DNA of 63,464 nucleotides, filler included, from Folioceros fuciformis (lineage: Eukaryota), in the NCBI GenBank assembly GCA_049999805.1. It is 10 parts of 10 records of this genome, joined end to end, with 100 filler letters (N's around TTAATTAATTAA, not from the genome) between each part and the next. Parts side by side here need not be neighbours in the genome. Positions count along the whole stretch, not along the records: positions 1 to 5,571 come from JBNGIO010002322.1; positions 5,672 to 8,325 come from JBNGIO010002324.1; positions 8,426 to 25,971 come from JBNGIO010002325.1; 7 more parts are not named here. One strand, given 5' to 3'. Below are positions 1 to 11,255 of this stretch, piece by piece. Positions within the stretch are counted from its first letter, which is position 1; each line of letters starts with the position of its first letter. Made by a program: the position numbers and the translations under genes. The notes under the pieces were generated by a model, which saw only the letters and a list, made by a program, of their open reading frames with translations, was not told the origin of the DNA and ran no database searches.

Positions 1-115
1 AATCTCAGCCTTCCCATTTCAAAAGGTTGAGGTTCGCTGACACCTCTAAATTACTAACTGAACATCACGCATAGTGACTAGGAATATGTGCAGCGGAAGT
101 CTAAGAGATTCAATT

Positions 116-312
116 GCTCTGATACCATGATGCTTTCTATATATGTAATTCCATATATATATTAAAAGGCAAATTCTAGAGAACTACAAAAAGAGCATAT
201 ATAGAATGATAATGAATCGTTACACAAAGTTGGTTTACAGTCTTAGGTTATTAACCCTATCGGATAAGAACCGAGTTAGGTTAACTATAGGTTATTTAAA
301 TAACCTCTAACA
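116..312 (-). mobile_element. 5' LTR (128-312, TG...CA) and tRNA-iMet primer-binding site (116-127) of an LTR retrotransposon inserted antisense into the adjacent copia pol
   Basis: GCTCTGATACCA (reverse complement of TGGTATCAGAGC) is directly followed by TG. The AT-rich segment ends at CTAACA (312), where copia coding sequence resumes. Confidence 0.75.
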
Positions 313-2475
313 AAAGTTGCTCCTGTCGAAGTTGCTGAGATCGATTCTGGAGAGCCTGTTCCCGTCGAAATTGCTGGGGATGGAGTCACTGTTAATGATG
401 AGGCTCTTTAGTATGCTACTCGGTCTATTCCTCCAGCATTAGTATTTGCTGAGCCTGAACGACGTTATCCATCTAGACAAAGACCTCCTAGTGATCAGTG
501 GCATGAAGTACCTTATGCAGCATCTGACTAGCGAGTTCCACGAGTTTCTTCAGTTCGTCGACTCTCTGTCGATTTCGGTACAGGCTATCCTCCAGAGCCT
601 CGCACATACCAGGAGGCGATTACAGACAAAGACAAGGATCAGTGGATTCCTTCTATCAAAGATGAGTATGACTCACTAATAAAAAATGAAACATGGGAGC
701 TTAGTCCCTTACTTGCTGATAGGAAAGCTGTGAGCTGCAAGTGGGTATTTAAGCATAAGCTTAATGCACAAGGCCAAATAACTAGATTTAAATCTAGACT
801 TGTGGCTCGTGGCTTCTCTCAGGTTGCGGGTGTCGATTATATAGAAACCTTCAGCCCTATAGTTAAAACTCAGTCAATTAGGCTCATATTGGCACTTGCA
901 TATGCTAGAGATTGGGACTTAGAGTAGATGGACGTATCTGCACCATTCTTGTATGGGGAGCTTGAAGAAGAAACATTTATGGAGCAGCCTGAAGGTTTTA
1001 TTGACTCTGAACATATGTGGGCATGTAAGCTGAAGAAGACTATCTACAGCCTAAAGCAGAGTGCACATGAGTGGTACAAAACCATTGATGCTTACCTGAA
1101 GTCTATTAGTTTTCTCCAGAATCTTACAGATGCTAACGTTCATGTTTATTTTAAGGATGGGAAAATGGTGTTGTTAGCTCTCTATGTTGATGATGCAATT
1201 CTAGCGTCAGACAATCGTGAGCTGTTAACGTGGGTTAAGGAAATGCTCCATAGATAGTATGATATGAAGGACATAGGAACACTTACTTTCGTGCTGGGAG
1301 TCCAGTTGTTGAGAGACAGACAGAACAAGCTCTTGGTCCTGCATCAGACAAAATATGTCAATGAAACCCTCCGGCGTTCTAATTTGGGTAGTGCATGACC
1401 TGTAAACACTCCTGGCACTGTTGGTTTCAAACTTACCTCTGAGCAATCACCCAAGGACAATGACGAGACTGAAGCTATGTCCTTTGTCCCCTATCGGGAT
1501 GCAGTAGGGTGTGTGAACTATATTGCTTGTTGGACACGCCCGGATATTCAACATGCTGTTAGTTGTGTTGCACAATTTCTCGACCGACCTGGCAAAGAGC
1601 ACTGGGGAGCTGTCAAATACATCCTGCAATATCCAAAGGGCACTGCAACATATGGTTTGTGTTACAGAGGAGGCACACCTGATGGTTGCACACTTGTAGG
1701 TTACACTGATGTCGATTGGGCCTCAGACCTGGAAAGTAGACGCAGCGTATCCGCCTACTGCTTCTTCCTCTCAGGCGCAGTTGTAAATTGGAGCTCAAAG
1801 AAGGAGGTTTCAGTAGCTTTGTCCTCCACTGAGGCTGAATACAAAGCACTTACAGATGCAGCTAAAGAAGCAAAATGGGAGAGAAGTTTCATGGCCGGCC
1901 TTCATGTCCCATAGCCCCAGCCTACTACAGTCTTTTGTGATAATCAATCCACCATAGCTCTTGTAGAGAATCCGCGCTTTCACGCACACACGAAACACAT
2001 AGAAATCCAGCACCATTTCGTGCGCCATTCTGTTGAAAGAAAAGTAGTCAAAATTGATCATGTATCAACTGACCTTAATGTCGCAGATCTACTCACGAAG
2101 ACACTACCCGAACCTAAGCATACCTTTCATTTAGGACAAATGGGATTGGTAGATCACTCTAGTGTCTCCCCTTCTCCTACCCTTCCACGTTAGGGTTCTT
2201 CGAATCTGGAGATTCTCCTTTTAGCTCTGACAACAGGTTGCTGCGGATGAAGCTTCAGCTCGATATCAGATCGTTGCACAGTTGCACTGACTTTTATGCT
2301 GGCGAGAGGACATGCAATTCCTCTGCCACTCGACTTTTGGTGCTTCGTCACTTGCCCTGCTACAACAACACGACTTCCAGTTCCACTGACAATTTGCAGA
2401 TCAATTCTCAACCGCAAACTGTGGATGCTGAAGTACCCAAGTATTACAAAACAGCTATGTCCTTAAGGTGGTGTG
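313..2475 (+). mobile_element. Degenerate Ty1/copia pol 3' half (IN-RT linker, reverse transcriptase, RNase H) with 3' UTR and PPT-like tract
   Basis: Motifs EPRTYQEA, CKWVFKHK, KSRLVARGFSQ, LYVDD, GYTDVDWASD, SSTEAEY, HARTKHIE and ADLLTK, with in-frame TAG stops (e.g. 925-927). AAGGTGGTG precedes TGTCAGG at about 2474. Confidence 0.95.
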
Positions 2476-3014
2476 TCAGGATAAGTAATCGATTGATTAA
2501 TTATATGCTAAGTACATAGTGTTTCATATTAACTTACACTTATAGAGTGAAGGGGCACCAAGCCCAATTGACACATATAATATACATTTTTGTTACATAC
2601 ATTTTATTATTTTAGTCTACTTGCTGTGTTGCTAGGACTACACCTCTGCAACGCTCACAGCACAAAATGAAGACTTTTTTCAGTAGGGATACCACACTCG
2701 CTTGCCCACATTGAGCAAACTGGATTTATTAGACAAGCAAGGTGTGGGGAAAGGCAAAGTAGAATTCCTTTCCTTTGACACAAAGCCATGCTTACATACC
2801 TATTTTTGCATGCCCCAACAAATCTCCCCTATTTTATTTTTAATATAGAGGAAAGGGAAATTTTCTATCCTTAACTCCCTTCATCTATCATTGCGATTAT
2901 TGAACACTACATTCATACCTAGATCAGTGCTAAACATGAGATAGCACATGAATGGTTCTCATGTCTTACGTAACATGACAACTAAAACTAAGGACCGTGG
3001 TATAAGCCATTATG

Positions 3015-3222
3015 GCTCTCATACCAAGTTAGAGCATCATGTGGAAGCAACTTTTGTAACTCCGTTAATATTTCTAAAAGATTAATAATGTGTGTAAGAT
3101 GGTGGTCCTTATATAGGCTATATCTTGAAGGGGTATGACCCTTTGCTTGACTAACTAACTAACTAACCTGGCTGGTTAAAACCAATGTGGTTTGTCAAAC
3201 CCTTCTAACTCCATTTGACACA
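3015..3222 (-). mobile_element. Degenerate tRNA-Met PBS and probable short LTR remnant
   Basis: GCTCTCATACCA (one mismatch to the PBS complement) is followed by an LTR-like segment with TATATA and (CTAA)n. Boundaries are approximate. Confidence 0.45.
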
Positions 3223-3224
3223 TT

Positions 3225-3819
3225 GTCCCATCAGTGGGCACTAGTGGCATTGCCACCCATGATGCAATTTGAGATGTCATGTTCTCAATGGCTAGGGAAT
3301 GTGGGTTTCTTCCGTATACAGAGCGTCCATGTACTTTGAGACGGGGTTTCTCTTAGAGCCCACCTTTTTTTTCACTAGGGGGGAATAGGTTTGTGTTGAT
3401 GATGTCATTGTTGTGAATCCCACTAGGAATTTGATTTGCGAGCACCTTATCATGAACCCCCTAGATGGACAGCGAAGGTTGGTGCAAGTGCCAAAGTCCA
3501 TAAGTATTCTCCCCTACAAGAGGTGCATATTTTCATCTCCCTTGCTTTTGAGACTCATGGGGCCATGGGCAAGGACTTTTCAAGGTTTATCAAAGAATGG
3601 GCAAAGGTTTATGGTAGTAATAGAAAAAATGTTCTTCTTCTTTCCTCTATGGTGGCCTTCTTTCGACAACGCGTATCCATTGCTTTGCAAAGAGCATTGG
3701 CCAACACGATTTTTACACCAACAACAAGTGCAAGTCAAGCAGCCTCTTCGACATCAATGGTGGGTAGGTCTTTTGTTATTCCACATCATGACATTTTGGG
3801 AGTAGTATCTAGTTTTTAA
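3225..3819 (+). mobile_element. C-terminal relic of an RLE-type (CRE-like) non-LTR retrotransposon, restriction-like endonuclease domain
   Basis: HDAI*DV...VDDVIVVNP, then AKVHKY...FISLAFETHG...RQRVSIALQR, which fits the KxxKY / FxPxxxETxG / SxAxQR pattern. Frameshifted. Confidence 0.7.
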
Positions 3820-3984
3820 GAATGATGTTCGAAGGGGCTAGCGCCCCTTTTGCCCCTTCTCGGATTGTTCCTCCAATCTTTGGAGCACATTGGACTTTCC
3901 ATCTCTTTTTCAATAATAGGAAATAATTCCACTTACAGCCAATGATTGCCCTCAATCAGAAGAAAAAAAATCTGATTTGCTAAA

Positions 3985-4790
3985 AATTCCATACTGACAA
4001 GTCATAGGCTCTTTCATGTATGTTGCTAATTAGTCGCAATCTGAAATTCAATATTTAGTTAATTTCTACCCAATCTTGGTAAAACCCATTCGGTAGCCAT
4101 AAAATGCATTTATAGATATTTGAAAGGAACACCTAGATTTGGGATACACTATTCAAGGAATCCAAAATTACTCATACCATTAGTAGGGCATACTAATGCT
4201 GATTGGAGACACAACGTTGATGGTCGTAGGAACATAAGATCCTACATATTTTTTCTTAATGGTGGAGATGTAAGCTAGTCTTGCAAAAACATATCATCTA
4301 TGTGCACATCTACAACAGAGAGCGAGTATAGTGCTCTCTCAATGGCAACCAAGGACCTAGTATGAGGAAGAAACTTCCTTGATAGCTTACGGTATACACA
4401 AAAAGAACCTACCATACTCCATGCAGACAACTAAGCTACAATTACTATGGAAGCCAATCCATGGTTTCATGGTAGAACTAAACATATCAAGTTAAAACCA
4501 TCATTTTGTGTGTGAAGTGCTTTCCAATGGAAATTAAAACATATCTTACTTACACACCAACAAATTATAACTTGGCTGATGTCTTAACCAAACCTTTGGC
4601 CAAGTATCCACATTGTAAACACTCAGAGGCATAAGGAGTTTGTGTGTGATCGAAGGTTGAAGATACCAAAACAATTGAGTCTAATGCGAGTATAAAATAG
4701 CCTTGAAGTTTGCTACAAGGAAGTGAGAGACCTTAATTTCATATATCTACATAAATAAATTCTGTGCTATTCGTGCAAGTGGGAGTGTAG
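3985..4790 (+). mobile_element. Highly degenerate Ty1/copia RT C-terminus and RNase H with PPT
   Basis: Translates to IPY*QVIGSFMY, GHTNADW, STTESEY, FHGRTKHI and LADVLTKPL. GCAAGTGGGAG-TG lies at about 4776-4788. Confidence 0.85.
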
Positions 4791-5571
4791 AGATAGAGCA
4801 CACTCAACATAGGAGAAGAAACATTAGGTTTTGCTGTCATTTCATTGATAACGGTTTGTGTGTTTAAAAACCCGTGTATAACCCGTTTTGATAAAAAGCA
4901 ATTGTTCATTTTCTTTCTTCTTTGCCGTGATATGCGTGCTTTGTGAATCAGCCCCTAATCCAACAATTTTCTCCCTTCCTTGGGGGTATGCACCACAATT
5001 CTGCTGCCTAGCCTCTTGTACAATGCGTCTAGTCCTCCTTGCCCCACAACGATGCCCATTTTTGCGCCCAATGACATGTTGCTGCGACTAGCCCCTCCTA
5101 ATCCTGTGTGTCTTCTCCTAGCTGATTAGCCCATTGAGTGCCCCTTTTCACTCCTAACGCCTTGTTGATCACAGGGTCCAAAGGGCACACAGCCCATATG
5201 GCACTCCTCTAGCCACCAGCCTTGCACAAACATGCTTTCCCTAGCTAATTCATCTGTGGCGCTCTTCCTAGTGATGGCTAGGTCCCCAATTCCTCAAGGT
5301 ACAACCTCGCGGCCCCATACCCATTCTTACAACACCAAAACCCAATCCATATTCTACTCTTTGCAACGAGTGAAGAGATAATCATGTTTTTACCATCAAT
5401 TGTTCTAGTTAGGGTGGTTATCCATGTAAGCCTGTGAAAGAGGCAACAACCTACACGCATCCGAATTAGCGGGCACGCCTGCGGCAAGCGAGCAGCACCA
5501 GCAATCGCACCGCGCAGAACAGCGGGGCGCCAACTCTAGTAGGCCGGGGCAAGGCGCACAAAATGGCAGCG

Positions 5572-5671
5572 NNNNNNNNNNNNNNNNNNNNNNNNNNNNN
5601 NNNNNNNNNNNNNNNTTAATTAATTAANNNNNNNNNNNNNNNNNNNNNNNNNNNNNNNNNNNNNNNNNNNN
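5572..5671. other. Artificial contig linker
   Basis: 100 bp of N flanking TTAATTAATTAA, which gives stops in all six frames. Confidence 0.99.
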
Positions 5672-8186
5672 AGCTCTTTCTTTCACAGCCTCGTACCTAT
5701 TCGCATCAATTCAGAAAACTCATCTAAAGGAGTCCCGAAAACATCGTATCTTTGCAGATCCAATGAAAAAAGTCTCCAATGTGGGGCGTCCATCTGTGGT
5801 ACGATTGACATTGATTAGTGTCTGCAGAAACATTTCTTACTTTGCCCTGTACATGTTTAGAAATCGGTACCTCAAATCCCGAAAGCCTGGTTTTTCTAAG
5901 GATCTTAGACACCGCTTTGCACAACATATTCAACATTAATCAACAGAAATATGGATCTTAGAGCACTTTGCCTCATGTATGGTTGAGATTCTTTTTCTTC
6001 TAACTATGTTGATGATCTCCTAGAGTTTCAATCAGAGATTTCGATAATGGTTTAAGATTGTATGATCTTCGCACCGTTGTGCCAATCGTCATGCCATCTT
6101 CTTCTGGCAACACAACAACTCCTTCATCTTCGGCAAGAAAGCGCACTCCGCTTGAAGTTCCTAGTATCCAACTACCAATCGCATGTATTTCAACATCCGC
6201 ATTAACAATGTTAGGGTGAAAGATTGTGCCCTTTGCTTTTCATTTGATAGATGTTGTTTTCCGGATCGCTCGTCTGAAAGGAGATTATATGCGCAACGGG
6301 CTTGCTGAAGTATGGATGTCGTCCAGAAGACTAAGGTGTACAAGCAAAGCTCAGAAGTCGATGTCGTACCCTTCTGAGTCATCCTCTTCAAAGCATCGTG
6401 ACACGAACACAAAACTCATACATAGACTTTGAATTAGAACACGCGAATGTCCTTCACGAACCAAATTCCTCACGCACCTTGAGAGTTGTACTCCATTGTT
6501 GTCATCGCCACCATCTCTCGTGAGAAAGAAGCCTGCTCATCCATGCCAAGGTCTCAAGGATTGCTCGCAAATGACCTTCCTTACACGATGCAAGCTAACG
6601 TTACTCGGGGTTTGATTGAAGATATCACAACTCTAACATAATTAAGCTGCCACTTGAATATGAAAGTTTGATCACGATTACAAATAGTTGTTGTTGTTTA
6701 TAAATGGAATTTGCAATCATTGTTGTGGTATAAATGCTCCAGATGTGGTTCAAACTCCTATGCTATTTTCGGTAACGGATTTTAAAATTTGAATTTAACT
6801 TCAAATATCATCGTCAAGTGCCTAAGACATCATTGTCTTTTTGAAGATTGGAACACTAGTCTTCCATGTCTATCATTCACAATCTCTGAAGGGCAATCGC
6901 AAATGGCAGCTGGCCGGCGAAGCAACAAGCAACTAAGTGCCATAATGGACATGCAGGCACTAGAGGCACCACCAAGGTTGAAGAAACAACAACAAGCTGC
7001 GAAAGCTTCAACTTGCACTGCGTCTGGCCCATTCTTGGAAAGAGATAGCCAATGATGACCAACGATTACAATAGGGGATGTTACACCTCAGCCACCAGCT
7101 GTTGCACTCAGAAAAGACAATTCTGCTGGGAGTGTCCATGCCTCGAACAACAAAGCTGGCATATTAACCATGTTCCTATGAATGTGACTTAGGGTGGCAG
7201 CACGGGTGGTAGCTAGAATCACAACATTCCGAATGCGTACAACTTTGTGGATCATTTGAAGCTAAAGAAGCTTGAAGACACGCTTGCCAAAAGATTCAAC
7301 ACAGACAAAGAGTGGTTTTTGGTAATAGAAGAGGAGCCAGAAGACTGCACTTTGCCGTGGGTGCCATTGGTGGCTATGGGTTAACGGTTTCCAAGGCTTG
7401 AAAGACAATGAGGTAGGGAGGCCTGGATGGATTCTGTGTGCATTTGTTGATGGTGTGGATGACAAAACCCATGCCAATTTGATATGCATACGCCACCCAC
7501 CAAGTCATATCAATGATGACTACGACAGCCACAGCCTCATTGTAGTGAATGTCGCGAAAGTTGTGCCATGACGCTGCAAACCGATGTGGCTGAAGAATGC
7601 TTTTAAAGATTGCCTAAATTTGAAGGATGTTAATATATAATTAATTTAGTCTTGGTTCATGTCTTCAGTGATTATGTTTATGCAACCCTAAATTACCCAT
7701 TACGTGTTTACTGTAGGGCGGTGAACAATTCTGTCGGATAGGACAGTCTTGCATTGTGTTGCTAATTCCGTTCACAAGAATCAGGCATTGGCGTCGAGAA
7801 TTGTAGGAGAGCGCCAAAGGCAATCACTTCAAGCGGAGTTCGGGCCCATCACATCTAGGCAACCCAAGAGGATTCAGAGACCTTTGGAAATGCCGCGCAT
7901 GCAGCCAAAGCTTTTAAAAGACAACATCCCTTACCCAAAACAACTGGGCGGTGAGGAGAAGAAGGAAATGGGAGAGTATTCATCCACCTAAGATAGCCTG
8001 AATGAAGCAATAGATGTTGCTTGAGGCTCTGGAGAAGATGAAGATGCTGCAGGAGATTCGCCCATCGAGATATCCCCACCACGGAAGAAGTTGAAGACGG
8101 TTCGCCGGGCTACCGGGACACTTGTTCAACGGAAGAGGAAGACCACAACAGCCTTTCCCTCGAAGTTGCAAAAGAAAAACAAAGAT

Positions 8187-8325
8187 TGTTGTTGAAGGAA
8201 CGCTTTAGGAGCTACATGGTGAAGGAGAGGAGAGGAGGAGGCAATGAGGAGAGGAGAAAGAGAGGTCACACCCTCACAATAGAGTCACTATACAAGGGAG
8301 CTCAAGGGGGTATTTATACCCCCTA
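8187..8325 (-). mobile_element. Partial LTR, same family as the LTR at 35495-35790
   Basis: Shares TTGAAGGA...GAGGAGAGGAGAAAG...CAAGGGAGCTCAAG(G/A)GGGTATTTATACCC with 35534-35626. Confidence 0.6.
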
Positions 8326-8425
8326 NNNNNNNNNNNNNNNNNNNNNNNNNNNNNNNNNNNNNNNNNNNNTTAATTAATTAANNNNNNNNNNNNNNNNNNN
8401 NNNNNNNNNNNNNNNNNNNNNNNNN
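8326..8425. other. Artificial contig linker
   Basis: N-TTAATTAATTAA-N, 100 bp. Confidence 0.99.
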
Positions 8426-8535
8426 ACGAACCCATGGCATGTGCACTCGCTGCATGCAGCTTTCATGCCGACAATCTGGACATGACGAACCCATGGCATG
8501 TGCACTCGCTGCACGCAGCTTTCATGCTGACAATG
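8426..8535. repeat. 59-bp tandem repeat at the contig edge (about 1.8 copies visible)
   Basis: ACGAACCCATGGCATGTGCACTCGCTGCA recurs at 8426 and 8485. Confidence 0.85.
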
Positions 8536-9559
8536 AAGAAGGAGCTAGCAACGTTCATATGCGTGTGGAATCTGCACAGGGTAAGGAAGATGGTCTGTCA
8601 AGACGGGGACATACCAAGTCATGTGCCTGTGGAGGCATTCTAGGAGGTAGAGCGACTATCGGGGGCAGTCAGGCCACCTGCATATGGGGTGGACGAGGAT
8701 GGCGAGGGTGACGAGTACATGATACCCGGCCCGCAGTTTGGTCGCAACAATGCCTCGGAGGAGCCACAGTTGCGCAACATTACGCTACTGTCGGGGGTGA
8801 CGTCTCTGCATTGTGTAATGGAGAGGGAACAGCAGCTGATGACTTCAATGCCTAACATGGTGGGTGTGTGGCTGCAGGATCCGGAAGACGCACGAGACAG
8901 GGCATATCGTGTAGGACTGGAGTGTGTGGACTATTTGCCGGATGCATACCGGCTGCATAGGACGCTGACTGCAGTGCGCGTATACTGCAGGCGCAGGGGC
9001 ATGCGCCTACAGGACATGTTGTGGAAGTGTGTTGTGGACGTGGGTGGAGGATGATTGCACCATGTGGACATGGCGAGCAATTATTCTACTGCACGAACTG
9101 TTTGTGGATGAGGGGGGAGCAAATGCGTAGCCCGTGCCAAATGTTTGTGGAGGAGGAGGGAGCAAGCGCGAATTATTTATGGAGGAGGGGGGAGGAAATG
9201 CACAGCCATGGCAAGCATTAGGTGACTTGGGATGTGGAACTTGGTCTGCGAAGGGATGAGGGCTAGAGGTAGAGAAATAGGATAGTGGCAAGTGTGTTAG
9301 ATTGTGTGTGAAGCAGTATGTACGTACGTAAGGGCCATAAGCCTGAACCCAAAATCTGTGTGTGCTTCCGCTTTGCAGCGTGGGGGCAGTACATCAGGCT
9401 GCCCGGCATTGTGGCACCTGCAATTCCAACGTCGCATGCATGCAAATTCATCCTTATTTGAGGCGTGTGCGCCCCTCGAATAACAGAGGCACAACCTTGG
9501 TAGAGGCGGTAGCGCGCTGAACCCGTGTGACGGTGCTTGAGACCGAGGGGAATAAGCTT

Positions 9560-10065
9560 TGTGAAGCTGCTTAACCTTGGGTACTTCCCTCCTCGGACAG
9601 AGCTGAATGCTGTGACATAGCTGAATGCCGCGAAAAATTTGTTTAACGGAGATGACTGGAGGGCTGGATGTAGTTGTGCGTTTGCTCCGGGTGGATGTTC
9701 ATTACAACCACATGTAAATTCTGTCTCCTGCCATGTAGGGTTGTGTTTCTCTTGCTGAACTGTCCATTGGCCTGAATTGCATCTCCTCTCTCCCGCTGGA
9801 GATGGGCTGTCTAACAGCGGTGGCCACTCTGGACTTGCATGGCAACCATCTCACAGTGTTTCCCGTGGAGGCTTGCTCCTTGCGTCTCTCAATTCAAGAC
9901 TTGTCGAACAAGAACTTGGCAGGTTTGCCGGCAGCATTTGGGAAGATGACAACCTTACGGAAGCTGGTACTTACAGGGAATCCGGAAGCTGGTACTTACA
10001 CCTAAACCCTTACGGTCTGTAGATGGACACCTTTGTTCCTCAAGTTCGTAATAAGCAGGCTGCCG
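9560..10065 (+). pseudogene. Intronless pseudogene fragment of an intracellular LRR protein (LRRC40/At3g15410-like)
   Basis: [99 protein letters not shown]. It has in-frame stops and no start. The family is recalled from memory. Confidence 0.7.
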
Positions 10066-11255
10066 GTGCCAGACGTGCCCAGCAGTGCAGCTGTTGCCTA
10101 TGGCAATGTTTTCGGGGCAAATGTACAAGAGGCAATGGTTATGGCATGAAGGCAGGCAGTCTCATTCAAGGTATTCTCACTCGCAGGGATGAAACTAGAG
10201 TAATCCACTACCGAAGTACCCTAAACCCATCCCAGGGACGAAATTGTGCAGCGTGCCAGTGCACAAAATCCAGTGCAAATGTATGCAGCAATTCACCACA
10301 AGCGAAGTTCACGCGTCGCACAGCGACCATTTTCACCGCTACCTCAGCAAGAGATTGAGAGGATTCGGACCCTACCACCTACAGTTTCCCTGCCAGCAGT
10401 TGATCCTTCCGTACACACGATACCACCAAGCCCGCCTCATTATAGCATCCGTTGGCCCCTAAACCCTGAAATGCACTCTTCTGTGAAGAACCCGCCATCG
10501 AAGGGAATGCCTGTTGCAGCGACCATGACCACCGTCACGGAACCACCTGACTGACGGAATCTAAAAAGCGGGCATAGCCAGCTCGCAGTGCATGTCTCCC
10601 AAGCGTAAGGCAGCTTGCTTATCATCTGCGCCGTCCCGAGCCCCACCCAAGACATAGTTGTCATCGTGGTGACCTTACCAATCCTGCATACACCTGGACA
10701 TGAACAAGTTGCAGTGAGAAACCCGGAAGCCAGTACTGTGAGTTGCAACAAGAACAGCCGCGACCTCTGACGTGTATTGCAAAAACCCACCAGAGGAACT
10801 CTAGTCGACATAAGCGAATGTGTTGCAGGTGCGAAGTCCATTCGTGGCTTGCATCGGGAGGCTGTAGGGGCTTTCTGTATGCACCACGAAAGCAAAGCTT
10901 AGCAGCCGAGAGCCGGCAAGAAACACACAAACAATATACCTTTGTGACCCGTTTTTCGTGAGGCTGTCCATGACGGAGGTGGAGGGCGTTGGCAAGAAGG
11001 GGGAGGGGGGGTGGCTGAGCGCATGAGCCCAAGCAAGCTTGGCGGATGGGGGAAAGCGTGTGCGTCACAAGGGACAAGGCAAGCCAAACCCTGAACCCCG
11101 AGCACCCTGAACCCCGAGCACGAAAGGCAGAGAATGGGCGGCGAGAGATTTGGCTAGGCTGGTGGCAGCTTTTTTATCCGCGGAAACGTGTTTGAAGTGG
11201 CCTCCAGACAAGTTTTTCCAGATGCATGTGTCAAATGTCCGGTTTGGTTTTGGCC

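Noticed and set aside
5616-5627. Recurring TTAATTAATTAA as a biological motif
   Set aside because: It is always centred in exactly 100-bp N blocks, so it is a synthetic linker.
5672-8186. Possible decayed coding sequence in the second contig
   Set aside because: It has stops in all frames and no motif I can recognise, so it is left unannotated.
11087-11120. AAACCCTGA / telomere-like motifs (also near 10219, 30977 and 60093)
   Set aside because: These are isolated one- or two-unit matches, not an array.
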